Shown piece after piece: positions 1-11,823 of a stretch of 64,000 nucleotides of DNA. The stretch is from an uncultured Actinomycetota bacterium (GTDB lineage Bacteria; Actinomycetota; Actinomycetes; Mycobacteriales; Mycobacteriaceae). The notes under the pieces were generated by a model. The model searched no databases, was not told the origin of the DNA, and saw nothing but the letters and a program-made list of their open reading frames with translations. The position numbers and the translations under genes are program-made. The DNA is taken from the NCBI GenBank assembly GCA_963788075.1, contig CAWBFI010000012.1, forward strand, positions 109,482-173,481, written 5' to 3'. Within the stretch, counting starts at the first letter, position 1. Every line of letters begins with the position of its first letter.

Positions 1-324
1 CTGCCGGCACTGTTCCCCACCAGCGTCCGCTACGGCGCGGTGTCGATCGGATTCAACATCGCGGTGTCGGCGTTCGGCGGCACCACACCGCTGATCGCCG
101 AGTCGCTGGTTGCCGGCACCGGCAACGCGATGGCGCCGGCGTACATGCTGATGTTCGCCGGGGCGGTCGGCACCGTCACGCTGTTCTTCGCTCCGGAAGT
201 GGCCGGCAAGCCATTGCCGGGTTCTGCACCGTCGCTTCAGCGCGGTAGCGGCGGCAACGGCGGAGCCGGCGCGAACCCGGGCGCAGGGGTTGGCGCGGTG
301 CCTGGCGCCGGGGGAGCCGGGTAG
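1..324 (+). CDS. MFS transporter (MHS/ProP-like), 3' part only; start lies outside the window
   Basis: Frame 1 is open from base 1: LPALFPTSVRYGAVSIGFNIAVSAFGGTTP...APAYMLM, typical of the C-terminal half of MHS-family MFS transporters. Confidence 0.8.
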   Translation: MPALFPTSVRYGAVSIGFNIAVSAFGGTTPLIAESLVAGTGNAMAPAYMLMFAGAVGTVTLFFAPEVAGKPLPGSAPSLQRGSGGNGGAGANPGAGVGAVPGAGGAG

Positions 325-539
325 ACGCAACCCGGCCCGTTCGACGACAGCGGTGGCGGATAGGGCGGCGGGGGGAGTTGGACGCGGACGGTCCAGACCA
401 AGCCGGTTATCGCGAAGGCGGCGATCGCGCCCAGCACCAGTCCCGCCAGCCCGATGCCAATCACCAGAGCGGTGGAATGGCGCCGGCCCATGCGGGTGTC
501 GTCGGAGGTCATGCGGCTCTCCAGGTCGTCGGTTGGCAT
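237..539 (-). CDS. Small proline-rich membrane protein
   Basis: One hydrophobic segment (LVIGIGLAGLVLGAIAAFAITGLVW) followed by a Pro-rich tail. Confidence 0.65.
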   Translation of the reverse strand: MPTDDLESRMTSDDTRMGRRHSTALVIGIGLAGLVLGAIAAFAITGLVWTVRVQLPPPPYPPPLSSNGPGCVYPAPPAPGTAPTPAPGFAPAPPLPPLPR

Positions 540-561
540 CGGTTGGCTGTACCTGAGGACG

Positions 562-972
562 CTACTGGTCGGCGCCGGGGACGGACACCAAACAGGTGAT
601 GCCCGACGCTCGCAAGATGCGCTGATCGAGCGTCACCAGTGGAACGCCCAGAGTTTCGGCGAGCGCCACGTAGGCGGCGTCGTAGCTGGACAAATTGGCC
701 CGTAGCTCGAAGGCGCGGGTCGCAAGCACCTCGTATGGCCAGAGGTCCACCGCGAGGTCGAGGAGGTCGGCGTGGGCTTGAAGGGCCTGGTCGGCACGGA
801 TGGCTCCGTTGAGTTCCGCTCGCCTGAGCACGTTGCTGCACTCGTAAGGCAGCAGGGTCGGTGCGAAGAGTTCCGCCTCGGCCAACCGCGCGGTTGCCCA
901 TCGACCGTCGCTGCCGGAGTCCAGCAATACGGCCAGCACCGCCGATGCGTCGCAGACGACCCGCTCCCTCAC
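562..972 (-). CDS. vapC: VapC PIN-domain toxin
   Basis: VVCDASAVL, YECSNVLRR, YDAAYVALAE and LVTLD PIN motifs; overlaps the upstream antitoxin by 4 nt. Confidence 0.9.
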   Translation of the reverse strand: MRERVVCDASAVLAVLLDSGSDGRWATARLAEAELFAPTLLPYECSNVLRRAELNGAIRADQALQAHADLLDLAVDLWPYEVLATRAFELRANLSSYDAAYVALAETLGVPLVTLDQRILRASGITCLVSVPGADQ

Positions 973-1202
973 CGACGGTCGGTGTCTTTGGCGGCAAGGA
1001 TCGTGGCCGCGTCGAGGCGTGTGCCGGTCGCATCCACCCGCGCGCGGGCGCGCGCGATGACGTCGCCGGCCGTCGGCTTGTCCGCCGTCGCGACGAGCAG
1101 GGTGCGCAGGTATTCCTGCAGTGACTGGCCGGCTCGTGCGGCACGCGCGGCCAGTTCATTGCGAACGTCGTCGGGGATGTCTCGGACGGTGATCGCGACC
1201 AT
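969..1202 (-). CDS. vapB: VapB/FitA-like ribbon-helix-helix antitoxin
   Basis: ITVRDIPDDVRNELAARAARAGQSLQEYLR; directly upstream of vapC. Confidence 0.85.
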   Translation of the reverse strand: MVAITVRDIPDDVRNELAARAARAGQSLQEYLRTLLVATADKPTAGDVIARARARVDATGTRLDAATILAAKDTDRR

Positions 1203-1230
1203 GCCTGCATATTAGCAGCGATGCAGGCAT
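1201..1230 (-). promoter_or_regulatory. vapBC operator and leaderless promoter
   Basis: Perfect 10-bp inverted repeat ATGCCTGCAT-N10-ATGCAGGCAT overlapping the start codon; TAATAT -10 on the minus strand (1214-1209), 6 nt before ATG. Confidence 0.7.
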
Positions 1231-1243
1231 AGTGCAGATTCGG

Positions 1244-1981
1244 TTACGGCCGGGCCTTGCGGCGGTGGTGTCGCCAATAGTGACGGATCTCCATGGCCAG
1301 CCCCGTCACCCCCAAGGCTCCTGTGCACAGGAACACCTCATAGAGCAGCGGGCTGGGGCGACCGGCGAGGGCGTCGCCGAGGATCACCACGGCAACGGTA
1401 CCGGGCAGCAAACCGGCCAGCGTGGCCAACATATAAGGCAGCACCCCGACGGCCGATGCGCCCGCGGCATAGTTGATCGCCGAAAACGGCACGACGGGTA
1501 TCAACCGCAGCGAAAAGACGGCCATCCAGCCGCGCTTGCGCAACCGCTCGTCGACCGTGTCGATGGATCGGTGGCGAACCAGGCGATTCAGTTGCCACCC
1601 GGCCGCGCGGACGAGCAGCATCGCGATGACCGCGCTCGCGGTGCTGGCAACCACCGCGATGACGACACCCAAGGCCGGACCGAACAGCAGCCCGGCGGCC
1701 AGGGTGAACGCCGTACGCGGGACCGGCACCACCGTGAAGAGGATGTGCGCCAGCAAGAACGCCAACGGGAACCACGGGCCCACCGATTCCGCCCAGTCGC
1801 GCCACTGCACCGGGGTCGGCAGCGGAACCAGCAGCGCCACCCCGACCAGAACTGTGATAACCACCACTGTCGCGACCGTCCGGGGCCGCCACAGCTGGCG
1901 CACGGTCGCGTTCAGCGCACAACCAAGGTCGCGCAGCATCTCCGGGATTTTGCAGGTGGCGGAAGCCGTCACGCCTGTCAA
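1244..1981 (-). CDS. TVP38/TMEM64 (DedA/SNARE-associated) membrane protein, Rv1491c-like
   Basis: FTLAAGLLFG, SLRLIPVVPFSAINYAAG and GLLPGT motifs; divergent from mutA as in M. tuberculosis. Confidence 0.9.
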   Translation of the reverse strand: MTGVTASATCKIPEMLRDLGCALNATVRQLWRPRTVATVVVITVLVGVALLVPLPTPVQWRDWAESVGPWFPLAFLLAHILFTVVPVPRTAFTLAAGLLFGPALGVVIAVVASTASAVIAMLLVRAAGWQLNRLVRHRSIDTVDERLRKRGWMAVFSLRLIPVVPFSAINYAAGASAVGVLPYMLATLAGLLPGTVAVVILGDALAGRPSPLLYEVFLCTGALGVTGLAMEIRHYWRHHRRKARP

Positions 1982-2117
1982 GGTTACGTGGCGCGCGGCG
2001 ATAACTCATTTTCTCGGCCCTGGCGTTTTGTCGGCGACGCGCCCCCAAGCACGGCACCGCGCGGTTTCAGGCGACCGCCCCAATCATTTAGCCTGATTAG
2101 GAAAAAGGGAGCAATCG

Positions 2118-3974
2118 GTGTCCATTGATGTACCCGAGCTCGCCGACTTGGAAGAGGGTCGCGAGCGTTGGCGCACCGCGGTCGCGGGCGTGCTGTCCAA
2201 GAGCACCCGGACGGACCCCGAGCGGTTCGGGGACCGGCCGGAGCGGCTGCTGGAAACCCCCACTTATGACGGGTTCGCCATTCGGGCGCTGTATACCGCG
2301 CTCGACGAGCTGTCGGAACCGCCGCTGCCCGGCGACTGGCCGTACGTGCGTGGCGGCCCACAATCTCATGCGCTGCGCGACGTCAACGCCGGCTGGAAGG
2401 TAGCCGAGGCATTTCCTTACACCGCCGACGACCACAACGCGGCGGTCCTGGACGCCCTCTCCGAAGGGGTCAGCGCGCTGCTGATCCGGGTGGGGGAGTC
2501 CGGGGTCGCGCCCGGCGAGCTCGAGCAACTCTTTTCGGGCGTGTACCTGGACCTGGTGCCGGTGATCCTCGACGCCGGCGCCGACTACGAGCAGGCCTGC
2601 GACGCCCTCCTGGCATTGGTGGACCAGCCAGGAGACAAGCGCGACGGGATTTCGATCGATCTGGGCGCCGACCCGCTGACCGCCAAGCTGAGCGGCCGGG
2701 GGGCGCCGTCGATGGAGCACGTGGTCACCGTCGCGACGCGAGTCGCCGGGAAGCCCGGCGTGCGCGCGATCACCGTCGACGGTCCCGCCTTTCACAACCT
2801 TGGTGCCAACGCGACATGGGAGCTCGCGGGCAGCCTCGCGGCCGCGGTGGCCTACCTTCGGGTGCTTACCGAGTCCGGGATCGCGGCCGGCGACGCATTA
2901 CGGCAGATCAGCTTCCGGCTGGCCGCCGACGACGACCAGTTCATGACGATCGCCAAGCTGCGGGCAGCGCGTCGACTGTGGGCACGCGTCGCCGAGGTCG
3001 TCGGCGACCCTGAGGGCGGAGCGGCCGTCGTGCACGCGGAGACCTCGCTGCCGATGATGACCCGCCGTGATCCGTGGGTGAACATGCTGCGCTGCACGGT
3101 GGCCGCTTTCGGCGCGGGGGTCGGCGGCGCCGACACCGCGCTGGTGTTCCCGTTCGACGTGGCGATCCGGGGCGGCTTTCCCGGCGTGGCAAGCAGTTTC
3201 GCGCGCCGCATCGCCCGCAACACCCAGCTGCTGCTCCTGGAGGAGTCACACGTCGGGCAGGTCTTGGACCCGGCCGGCGGGTCGTGGTACGTCGAGGACC
3301 TCACCGAGCAGCTGGCCCAGCGGGCGTGGCAGCAGTTCCAGGCCACCGAAGAGCGGGCGGCCCGCGGCGGATTCGCCGATGCCCGCGACTACATCGGCGA
3401 GCAGATCGCCGAGGTAGCCGCGCGGCGCGCCGACGACATCGCTCATCGCCGCACCGCGGTCACCGGCGTCAACGAATACCCCAATCTGGCCGAAGTGCCT
3501 CTGCCGCAAGGTGATTCGCCGGCCGCCCTGCGGCCATACGCAGCGGGGTTCGAAGCGCTGCGGGACCGCTCGGACGCCTACCTGGCACGCACCGATGCGC
3601 GCCCGACGGTGCTTCTGCTGCCCTTGGGCCTGTTGGCCGAGCACAACATCCGCGCGACTTTCGCGTCGAACCTGCTCGCGTCGGGCGGCATCGAGGCGAT
3701 CAACCCCGGGCCGGTGGACGCCGCCGGTGTCGCGGCGGTGGTCGCCGCCGCCGGGTCGCCGGCCGTGGCGGTCATCTGCGGCGCCGACGAGCGCTATCGC
3801 GACGAGGCGTCACAAGTAGTGGAGGCGGCCCGAGTCGCCGGTGTAACGAGGGTCTATCTCGCGGGGCCCGAGCAAGCGGTGGGCGACGCCCCGCATCGGC
3901 CGGACGAGTTCCTCACCGCGAAAATCAATGCGGTCGAAGCCTTGTCGAACCTGCTCACCCGATTGGGAGCCTAG
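2118..3974 (+). CDS. mutA: Methylmalonyl-CoA mutase small subunit
   Basis: [40 protein letters not shown] motifs; upstream of mutB. Confidence 0.95.
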   Translation: MSIDVPELADLEEGRERWRTAVAGVLSKSTRTDPERFGDRPERLLETPTYDGFAIRALYTALDELSEPPLPGDWPYVRGGPQSHALRDVNAGWKVAEAFPYTADDHNAAVLDALSEGVSALLIRVGESGVAPGELEQLFSGVYLDLVPVILDAGADYEQACDALLALVDQPGDKRDGISIDLGADPLTAKLSGRGAPSMEHVVTVATRVAGKPGVRAITVDGPAFHNLGANATWELAGSLAAAVAYLRVLTESGIAAGDALRQISFRLAADDDQFMTIAKLRAARRLWARVAEVVGDPEGGAAVVHAETSLPMMTRRDPWVNMLRCTVAAFGAGVGGADTALVFPFDVAIRGGFPGVASSFARRIARNTQLLLLEESHVGQVLDPAGGSWYVEDLTEQLAQRAWQQFQATEERAARGGFADARDYIGEQIAEVAARRADDIAHRRTAVTGVNEYPNLAEVPLPQGDSPAALRPYAAGFEALRDRSDAYLARTDARPTVLLLPLGLLAEHNIRATFASNLLASGGIEAINPGPVDAAGVAAVVAAAGSPAVAVICGADERYRDEASQVVEAARVAGVTRVYLAGPEQAVGDAPHRPDEFLTAKINAVEALSNLLTRLGA

Positions 3975-3979
3975 CCGCG

Positions 3980-6235
<2,256 letters not shown>

Positions 6236-6250
6236 GTGAAATTTCTCCCG

Positions 6251-6306
6251 CGAGCGTAACGCCACGGCGAAATTCTCTTCATTTTTTCGCAGTGGCGTTA
6301 CGCTCG
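6251..6306. repeat. REP-like palindrome between mutB and meaB
   Basis: 22-bp arms CGAGCGTAACGCCACGGCGAAA / TTTCGCAGTGGCGTTACGCTCG with one mismatch; a related half copy lies at 9359-9372. Confidence 0.75.
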
Positions 6307-6317
6307 GCGCGCTCAAC

Positions 6318-7295
6318 ATGACAGACACGGTCGAGGAATTGGCGGCTGCGGTACGCAGCGGCGACCGCGCGGCGCTGCCGCGAGCCATCACGCTGCTGGA
6401 GTCCACGCGCGCCGACCATCGCGAGCAGGCCCAGCAGCTGTTGCTGGCGTTGATGCCGGATGCCGGTGATGCCCATCGCGTTGGCATCACCGGGGTCCCC
6501 GGAGTGGGCAAATCGACCGCCATCGAGGCCCTGGGTATTCGGCTGATCGACCAGGGCCACCGGGTGGCCGTCCTGGCCGTCGATCCGTCGTCGACCCGCA
6601 CCGGCGGATCGATCCTCGGCGACAAGACCCGGATGGCGCGGCTGGCGGTGCACCCGGACGCCTACATCCGGCCGTCGCCGACGTCGGGCACGCTGGGCGG
6701 CGTGGCAAAGGCCACCCGGGAAACCATCGTGCTGCTGGAGGCCGCCGGGTTCGACGTGATCCTCGTCGAAACCGTCGGCGTCGGGCAGTCCGAGGTGGCC
6801 GTGGCCAACATGGTCGACACCTTCGTGTTGCTGACCCTAGCGCGCGCCGGCGATCAGCTGCAGGGCATCAAAAAGGGCGTGCTGGAGCTGGCCGACGTCG
6901 TGGTGGTCAACAAGGCCGACGGGGAGCACCTGGCGGAGGCGCGCTCGGCGGCGCGTGAGCTTTCGGCAGCGCTGCGATTGATTTATCCGCGCGAAATACT
7001 CTGGAGGCCACCGGTTCTCACGATGAGTGCGACGGAGGGGACCGGCCTGGCGGAGCTGTGGGACACCATCGAGCGCCATCGCCAGGTGCTTAGCGACGCC
7101 GGAGAGTTCGACGAGCGCCGACGAGCCCAGCAGGTCGACTGGACCTGGCAGATGGTCCGCGACACGGTCTTGGACCGGGTGCTGGCCAACCCGGACGTCC
7201 GCAGAATTCGTGCCGAGGTGGAACGTCAGGTCAAAGCGGGGGAGCTGACCCCGGCACTGGCGGCCCAGCAAATACTGGCGGCTGCATCGGATTGA
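6318..7295 (+). CDS. meaB: Methylmalonyl-CoA mutase-associated GTPase MeaB
   Basis: GITGVPGVGKST P-loop, VLAVDPSS, GDKTRM, ETVGVGQSE, VNKAD. Confidence 0.97.
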   Translation: MTDTVEELAAAVRSGDRAALPRAITLLESTRADHREQAQQLLLALMPDAGDAHRVGITGVPGVGKSTAIEALGIRLIDQGHRVAVLAVDPSSTRTGGSILGDKTRMARLAVHPDAYIRPSPTSGTLGGVAKATRETIVLLEAAGFDVILVETVGVGQSEVAVANMVDTFVLLTLARAGDQLQGIKKGVLELADVVVVNKADGEHLAEARSAARELSAALRLIYPREILWRPPVLTMSATEGTGLAELWDTIERHRQVLSDAGEFDERRRAQQVDWTWQMVRDTVLDRVLANPDVRRIRAEVERQVKAGELTPALAAQQILAAASD

Positions 7296-7337
7296 CGGGC
7301 CCGCTCGCTGGCGCGCCAGGCAGTGATCAGCCGGAGC

Positions 7338-7470
7338 GTCACGCATATCCACGATTTCGGGGTGCGGTGGGGACAAACGGACGCTGGATCAGATCGACAT
7401 GCGAATTGTGGAGACAAGCGCGGCGCTGTTTTGCCTACCTGCACGGCAGTCACACATCGGGCACTGGTGT
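7338..7470 (+). pseudogene. Degenerate copy of the upstream region and 5' end of the mntA gene at 11824
   Basis: 7338-7354 matches 11779-11795 at 16/17; 7429-7451 matches 11886-11908 at 22/23 (FAYLHGS). Confidence 0.75.
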
Positions 7471-7918
7471 GACCGGCGCGCCGTTACCGGAGCCCGGTTA
7501 CCGAAGCCTGGATCGTCGTCGGGCTCACTGATTGCACCGCAACCGCGCCTGGCGCGGGTTAGGTGCTGGGTGCCCTCGACGCATTCGCGGAAGGGCTCGC
7601 ACGTCGCCGGCCATCTGCGTGAGCCGGCCGCCGTGTTGAACGTCACTGTGGATGACCACCAGCGAAGGGCGCATCGTCGAGGTTTATGACGACGACGACT
7701 GGGGGCCTCGGCGACGGTGTGCATCATCTACGTGCGGATGATCGATTCCGTCGGCTGCGATGAAAGGCGGTGCGCAGCAAGGCAGTCACGGCATATCTGC
7801 GCCACAAGCCCCCACGACGGTGGAGTCCGCCTCGGCCCGGGAGCCGTCGGCCTACGCCGGACTCCGCCCGTGCAACCACGCTCGCCGTTTGAGGTGATTG
7901 GTCCAGTGGATGGACACC

Positions 7919-7937
7919 GTAGCACGCGTGCTACACT
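7919..7937 (+). promoter_or_regulatory. Operator and -10 box of the second vapBC
   Basis: Perfect 16-bp palindrome GTAGCACGCGTGCTAC (7919-7934) overlapping TACACT (7932-7937), 5 nt before the GTG start. Confidence 0.7.
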
Positions 7938-7942
7938 CGAGT

Positions 7943-8197
7943 GTGGCCAAACAGATCACCCAGCGGGAGCTGCGCAATAACAGCGGCGACATTATGCGCC
8001 AGCTTGACCAAGGTGAGTCGTTCGTCGTGACCCGCAATGGAATCCCGGTCGGCGAGCTTTCCCCGCTGCGCCGGCATCGATTCATCAGCGCCGAGGCGGC
8101 CGTCGCCGCGTTCCGGGGCGCTCCGCGGGTGGATTTCGACCGGTTCCGAGCAGATCTCGATGGGGCCGCCAGCCAGGAGATCGCTCCTCGTGGCTGA
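7943..8197 (+). CDS. vapB: Phd/YefM-family antitoxin
   Basis: ITQRELRNNSGDIMRQLDQGESFVVTRNGIPVGEL; start moved to GTG 7943. Confidence 0.88.
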   Translation: MAKQITQRELRNNSGDIMRQLDQGESFVVTRNGIPVGELSPLRRHRFISAEAAVAAFRGAPRVDFDRFRADLDGAASQEIAPRG

Positions 8198-8603
8198 GGC
8201 TCCTCGTCCGTCGCAGGGGCTCATCGACACCTCGGTCGTGATCGATCTGGAGCACATCGACGCCGAGCACCTCCCAATGGCCATCGCCATCAGCGCCCTT
8301 ACCATGGCTGAGCTCGCCGCCGGCCCTCACACGACGGCCGATGCCGGCGAGCGAGCACGACGCCAAGATCGCCTACAACGAGCCGAGGCCAGCTTCGATC
8401 CACTGCCGTTCGATAGCGACTCGGCGAGGGCCTACGGACGCGTCTACGCCGCGATCATCGCGACGGGGCGCAAGGCACGCGGCCCCCGAGCCGTCGATCT
8501 GTTGATCGCCGCCACCGCCGCGGCCGCCAACCTCCCGCTCTACACGCGCAACGTCGATGACTTCCGCGGGCTCGAACACCTCCTGACCATCGTCGGCGTC
8601 TGA
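8190..8603 (+). CDS. vapC: VapC PIN-domain toxin
   Basis: GLIDTSVVI, AISALTMAEL, AVDLLIAATA, LYTRNVDDF; overlaps the antitoxin stop. Confidence 0.9.
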   Translation: MAEAPRPSQGLIDTSVVIDLEHIDAEHLPMAIAISALTMAELAAGPHTTADAGERARRQDRLQRAEASFDPLPFDSDSARAYGRVYAAIIATGRKARGPRAVDLLIAATAAAANLPLYTRNVDDFRGLEHLLTIVGV

Positions 8604-8822
8604 TCCCCACGGGTTCAGCCGAATACAACAATGGAAAACAGCCGTAGCCGATCGACCCTGTCCGCGCGACTCCGGCGGCCGCTGGCTCGCTGTCCGTCAC
8701 CGAGCCCACGACACCCTCAGCGTGACCATATGCCAAGACCACCTTGGTGAGCACCGAAACAGACTGCGTCGTCACCAATTTCAGTGCTCGGCAACACCGC
8801 CGTCCGTCCGAACGGCGTGACC

Positions 8823-9236
8823 TCATTCGGTCGGTGGGTTACGTCCTTGATCCGTGACGATCGTCTGAAGAAGGTCAACGATCTGCTGTTGTCCGGCGGC
8901 TGCGGCGTCGAATTTGCCGCGCATCTCGATGAATCCCTGGTCGACATGCTCTTGGAGCGACCCGAAATTGCCTTGGAGTGCGCCGAAATTCTCTTTGAGT
9001 GCGCCGAAGTCCGATCGGAGGTCAACGAAGTCCTCCCGGAGGGCATTGAAGCTCGCCGTTGTGGCCTGGCGGAACTCGCGGAGGTCATCGCGAAATCCGC
9101 TGACGTCGCGGTCGGCGGCTCCTGCGAGTACACGAGCGGCCGCAGCGTCCTGCTCGCTTACCTGTACTCGCCCGGCCAGGTCACGCATCTGGTGCTCAAG
9201 AGCGTCGACGCGTGATTCGAGATCCCCAGAATCCAT
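8823..9236 (-). CDS. Hypothetical coiled-coil protein with heptad repeats
   Basis: LESRVDALEHQMRDL plus FNALRED/FVDLRSD/FGALKEN/FGALQGN/FGSLQEH. Confidence 0.7.
   Translation of the reverse strand: MDSGDLESRVDALEHQMRDLAGRVQVSEQDAAAARVLAGAADRDVSGFRDDLREFRQATTASFNALREDFVDLRSDFGALKENFGALQGNFGSLQEHVDQGFIEMRGKFDAAAAGQQQIVDLLQTIVTDQGRNPPTE
8955..9059. repeat. Five imperfect 21-bp tandem repeats
   Basis: Units GAG-N6-GAA-N9, e.g. GAGTGCGCCGAAATTCTCTTT / GAGTGCGCCGAAGTCCGATCG. Confidence 0.7.
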
Positions 9237-9420
9237 GAATAGGACCGTAGCGGTGTCCGCCGACAACCGGCGTCTCGCTGATCGTCAGACCTCCAACTTG
9301 GGTCGAGTGCGGATGTCGCCGCATCGTCGGCCTGCTGATCGTCGAGAGCTCGAGCCCAAGTGGCGTTACGCTGGCGCGCACGGCTCGTTATCGGGTTTGT
9401 TCGCCGTGACGATCGCATCT

Positions 9421-9678
9421 CTAGTAGTGGTATCGCGCCTTGAGAAGTTTGGCGGCGTCGCCTCCCGCTCGGTACACCAGGCGATGTTCGTCGTTGATCC
9501 GGCGGGACCAGTATCCTGACAGCTCGCCCTTGAGTGGTTCCGGTTTACCGATACCGCTGAACGGATTGCGTTGGATCTCGCCGATTAGGCGAGTGATGCG
9601 GCGGGCGGTTTTGCGGTCGGTGGCTAGCCAGAATAGGAAATCCTCCCAGGCGCCGGGATCGAAGTGGATGCTTCTCAC
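9421..9678 (-). CDS. yoeB: Txe/YoeB family toxin (RelK-like)
   Basis: [28 protein letters not shown]...ARYHY; GTGA overlap with the antitoxin. Confidence 0.93.
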   Translation of the reverse strand: MRSIHFDPGAWEDFLFWLATDRKTARRITRLIGEIQRNPFSGIGKPEPLKGELSGYWSRRINDEHRLVYRAGGDAAKLLKARYHY

Positions 9679-9950
9679 TCCTCGCCGCCGGCCATCTCCC
9701 GCAGCTCCTCGACGGATTTGGTGATTGCAGAGTGCCCGGCCTTGTCTCGGGCGACCGCTTCCATCAATCGCCTGGCGTTTTCTGGTGAGCGCAGCAGGTA
9801 GACCGTCTCTTGCCACGAGTCGTAGTCGTCGGCAGACATGAGCACCGCATCCCCGGCTTTGGAGGTGATGCGCACGGGCTGGTGGTCCGTGTTGACTTGT
9901 TCGAGGAGCGGAAATAACCGCTGCCTGGCCTCGCTTGCGCTGATGCTCAT
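9675..9950 (-). CDS. yefM: YefM family antitoxin (RelJ-like)
   Basis: [29 protein letters not shown]...[17 protein letters not shown]. Confidence 0.93.
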   Translation of the reverse strand: MSISASEARQRLFPLLEQVNTDHQPVRITSKAGDAVLMSADDYDSWQETVYLLRSPENARRLMEAVARDKAGHSAITKSVEELREMAGGEE

Positions 9951-9971
9951 TGCGGTCCTTCCCTAGTTTCA

Positions 9972-10013
9972 TGTACAGAAATAACGTACCACTCAGGTAC
10001 TTAAAAGACGTAC
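9972..10013 (-). promoter_or_regulatory. Probable yefM-yoeB operator
   Basis: TGTACA at 9972-9977 plus GTAC cores at 9986, 9997 and 10010; TGTACA is the known YefM operator core. Confidence 0.6.
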
Positions 10014-10038
10014 AGACTGTTTGACGTCCGAGATGCAA

Positions 10039-10095
10039 GGGGAGCTGACCCCCGCGCTCGCGGCCCAGCAAATCTTGAACGCTGGGCCTCGCTAA
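10039..10095 (+). repeat. Second copy of the meaB 3' end
   Basis: 10039-10077 matches 7239-7277 at 34/39 and encodes [13 protein letters not shown], followed by NAGPR-stop. Confidence 0.85.
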
Positions 10096-10159
10096 CGAGA
10101 AGGTAACTTAATCGACGTTTGCCCTACGGAAGGTATGAAATCCAAGTAAATTCGATAGC

Positions 10160-11452
10160 GTGACAATGGAGTCTCGGATAGATCGCCGCGCGGTCCCTCC
10201 CCACGATGCCGATGCCCCTGACGCAGGTCATCGCGTGTTCGGCGCGGCGGATCCACACTTTGATTGCGTCGTTCGCAGCTTCTCCACCATGTTCCCCGGG
10301 CGCCGTTTCGGCGGCGGGGCGCTGGCGGTGTACGTCGACGGCCAACCCGCCGTCGACGTATGGAAAGGGTGGGCTGACCGGGGCGGCCACCTGCCGTGGT
10401 CGGCGGACACCGCCGCGATGGTGTTTTCGGCGACCAAGGGGATGACCGCTACGGTCATCCACCGGCTTGCCGACCGAGGGCTGATCGACTACGAGACTCC
10501 AGTTGCCGAGTACTGGCCGGAGTTCGCCTCCAACGGCAAGGGAGCCCTGACCGTTCGTCAGGTGATGAGACATACCGCCGGCTTGTCCGGTCTGCGTGGC
10601 GCCACCAAGGAAGAGTTGCTGGATCACGTCGTGATGGAGGACCGGCTAGCCGCGGCGGCGCCGGGACGGCTGCTGGGCAAATCGGCCTACCACGCGCTGA
10701 CCTTCGGCTGGCTCATGTCGGGGTTGGCCAGGGCGGTGACCGGAAAAGACATGCGCGTCCTGTTTCGCGAGGAGCTCGCTGAGCCGTTGAACAGCGATGG
10801 CTTTCATCTCGGCCGCCCACCGGCCGGATCGCCGACGCGGGCCGCCGAGATCGTCATGCCTCAGAACATCGCCGCCAACCCGATCGTCGACTGTGTGACG
10901 CGCAAGGTCGCACACCGGCTGTCCGGTGGATGGCGGTCGATGTACTTCCCAGGTGTGATCGCTGCCGTCCAGGGTGAGATTCCGATGCTCGACGCCGAGA
11001 TCCCAGCGGCCAACGGGGTGGTGACGGCCCGCGGGCTGGCACGAATGTACGGCGCAATCGCCAACGGCGGCGAGATCGACGGCAGCCGCTTCTTGTCCCG
11101 TGAGCTGGTTGCGGGTCTTACCGGTCGACGGAGCCTGCGACCGGATCGGAACCTGTTCGTGCCGTTGGCTTTCCACCTGGGCTACCACAGCCTGCCCTTC
11201 GGCAACGTGATGCCAGGCTTCGGTCATGTCGGGCTGGGCGGTTCGGTCGGCTGGGCCGATCCTGCGGACGGAGTGGCGTTCGCGGTGGTGCACAACCGGC
11301 TGCTGACACCGTTCGTGATGACGGATCACGCCGCGTTCGTCGGAATCTACAAGCTGATCCGGGACGCCGCCGCGAAGGTCCGCAAGCGCGGCCTCCGCCC
11401 GGTGACCGAGTTCGGAGCGCCATACTCGGAACCGGGAGCGGTGGCTGGCTGA
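10160..11452 (+). CDS. lipL: LipL-like esterase / serine beta-lactamase-fold hydrolase, copy 1
   Basis: FSATK (SxxK), YHALTFG, FGHVGLGG; position after meaB. Confidence 0.9.
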   Translation: MTMESRIDRRAVPPHDADAPDAGHRVFGAADPHFDCVVRSFSTMFPGRRFGGGALAVYVDGQPAVDVWKGWADRGGHLPWSADTAAMVFSATKGMTATVIHRLADRGLIDYETPVAEYWPEFASNGKGALTVRQVMRHTAGLSGLRGATKEELLDHVVMEDRLAAAAPGRLLGKSAYHALTFGWLMSGLARAVTGKDMRVLFREELAEPLNSDGFHLGRPPAGSPTRAAEIVMPQNIAANPIVDCVTRKVAHRLSGGWRSMYFPGVIAAVQGEIPMLDAEIPAANGVVTARGLARMYGAIANGGEIDGSRFLSRELVAGLTGRRSLRPDRNLFVPLAFHLGYHSLPFGNVMPGFGHVGLGGSVGWADPADGVAFAVVHNRLLTPFVMTDHAAFVGIYKLIRDAAAKVRKRGLRPVTEFGAPYSEPGAVAG

Positions 11453-11477
11453 CCTGCGAATGTTCTTGACGCGAGTC

Positions 11478-11501
11478 GACTTTCATCGGTACCTGAAAGT
11501 C
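11478..11501. terminator. Short hairpin after lipL copy 1
   Basis: GACTTTCA-N8-TGAAAGTC; could equally be an operator. Confidence 0.35.
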
Positions 11502-11823
11502 CAGGCCGCGTACGGGCTCAGAACTGGTCTGGCAGTTCGTTGTCACGAAGCCAACCGTCTGGCCCCCGGTGTTCGGGGGCATGTTGGACAGCCCCCTCAC
11601 TGCGGCGGCTGAACGTCGGTTCGGAAAACCGCGCCAGGTTCATACGGTCGGTGCGACGTCCGTGGATTTGGAGGTTGCCATCCGAGTGGATATTGCGGTC
11701 GAGGTTGGTGCAGGCAAGAGCAGCGTCAGATACCACATATGGAAAGCAGAGTCCACGATGGCCGGGGTCGTCCGAAGTGTCACGCATACCCACGAGTCTG
11801 TGGTGCGGTGAGACAATCGGACG

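Noticed and set aside
7540-7900. Short frames such as MTTSEGRIVEVYDDDDW
   Set aside because: No consistent frame or recognisable family
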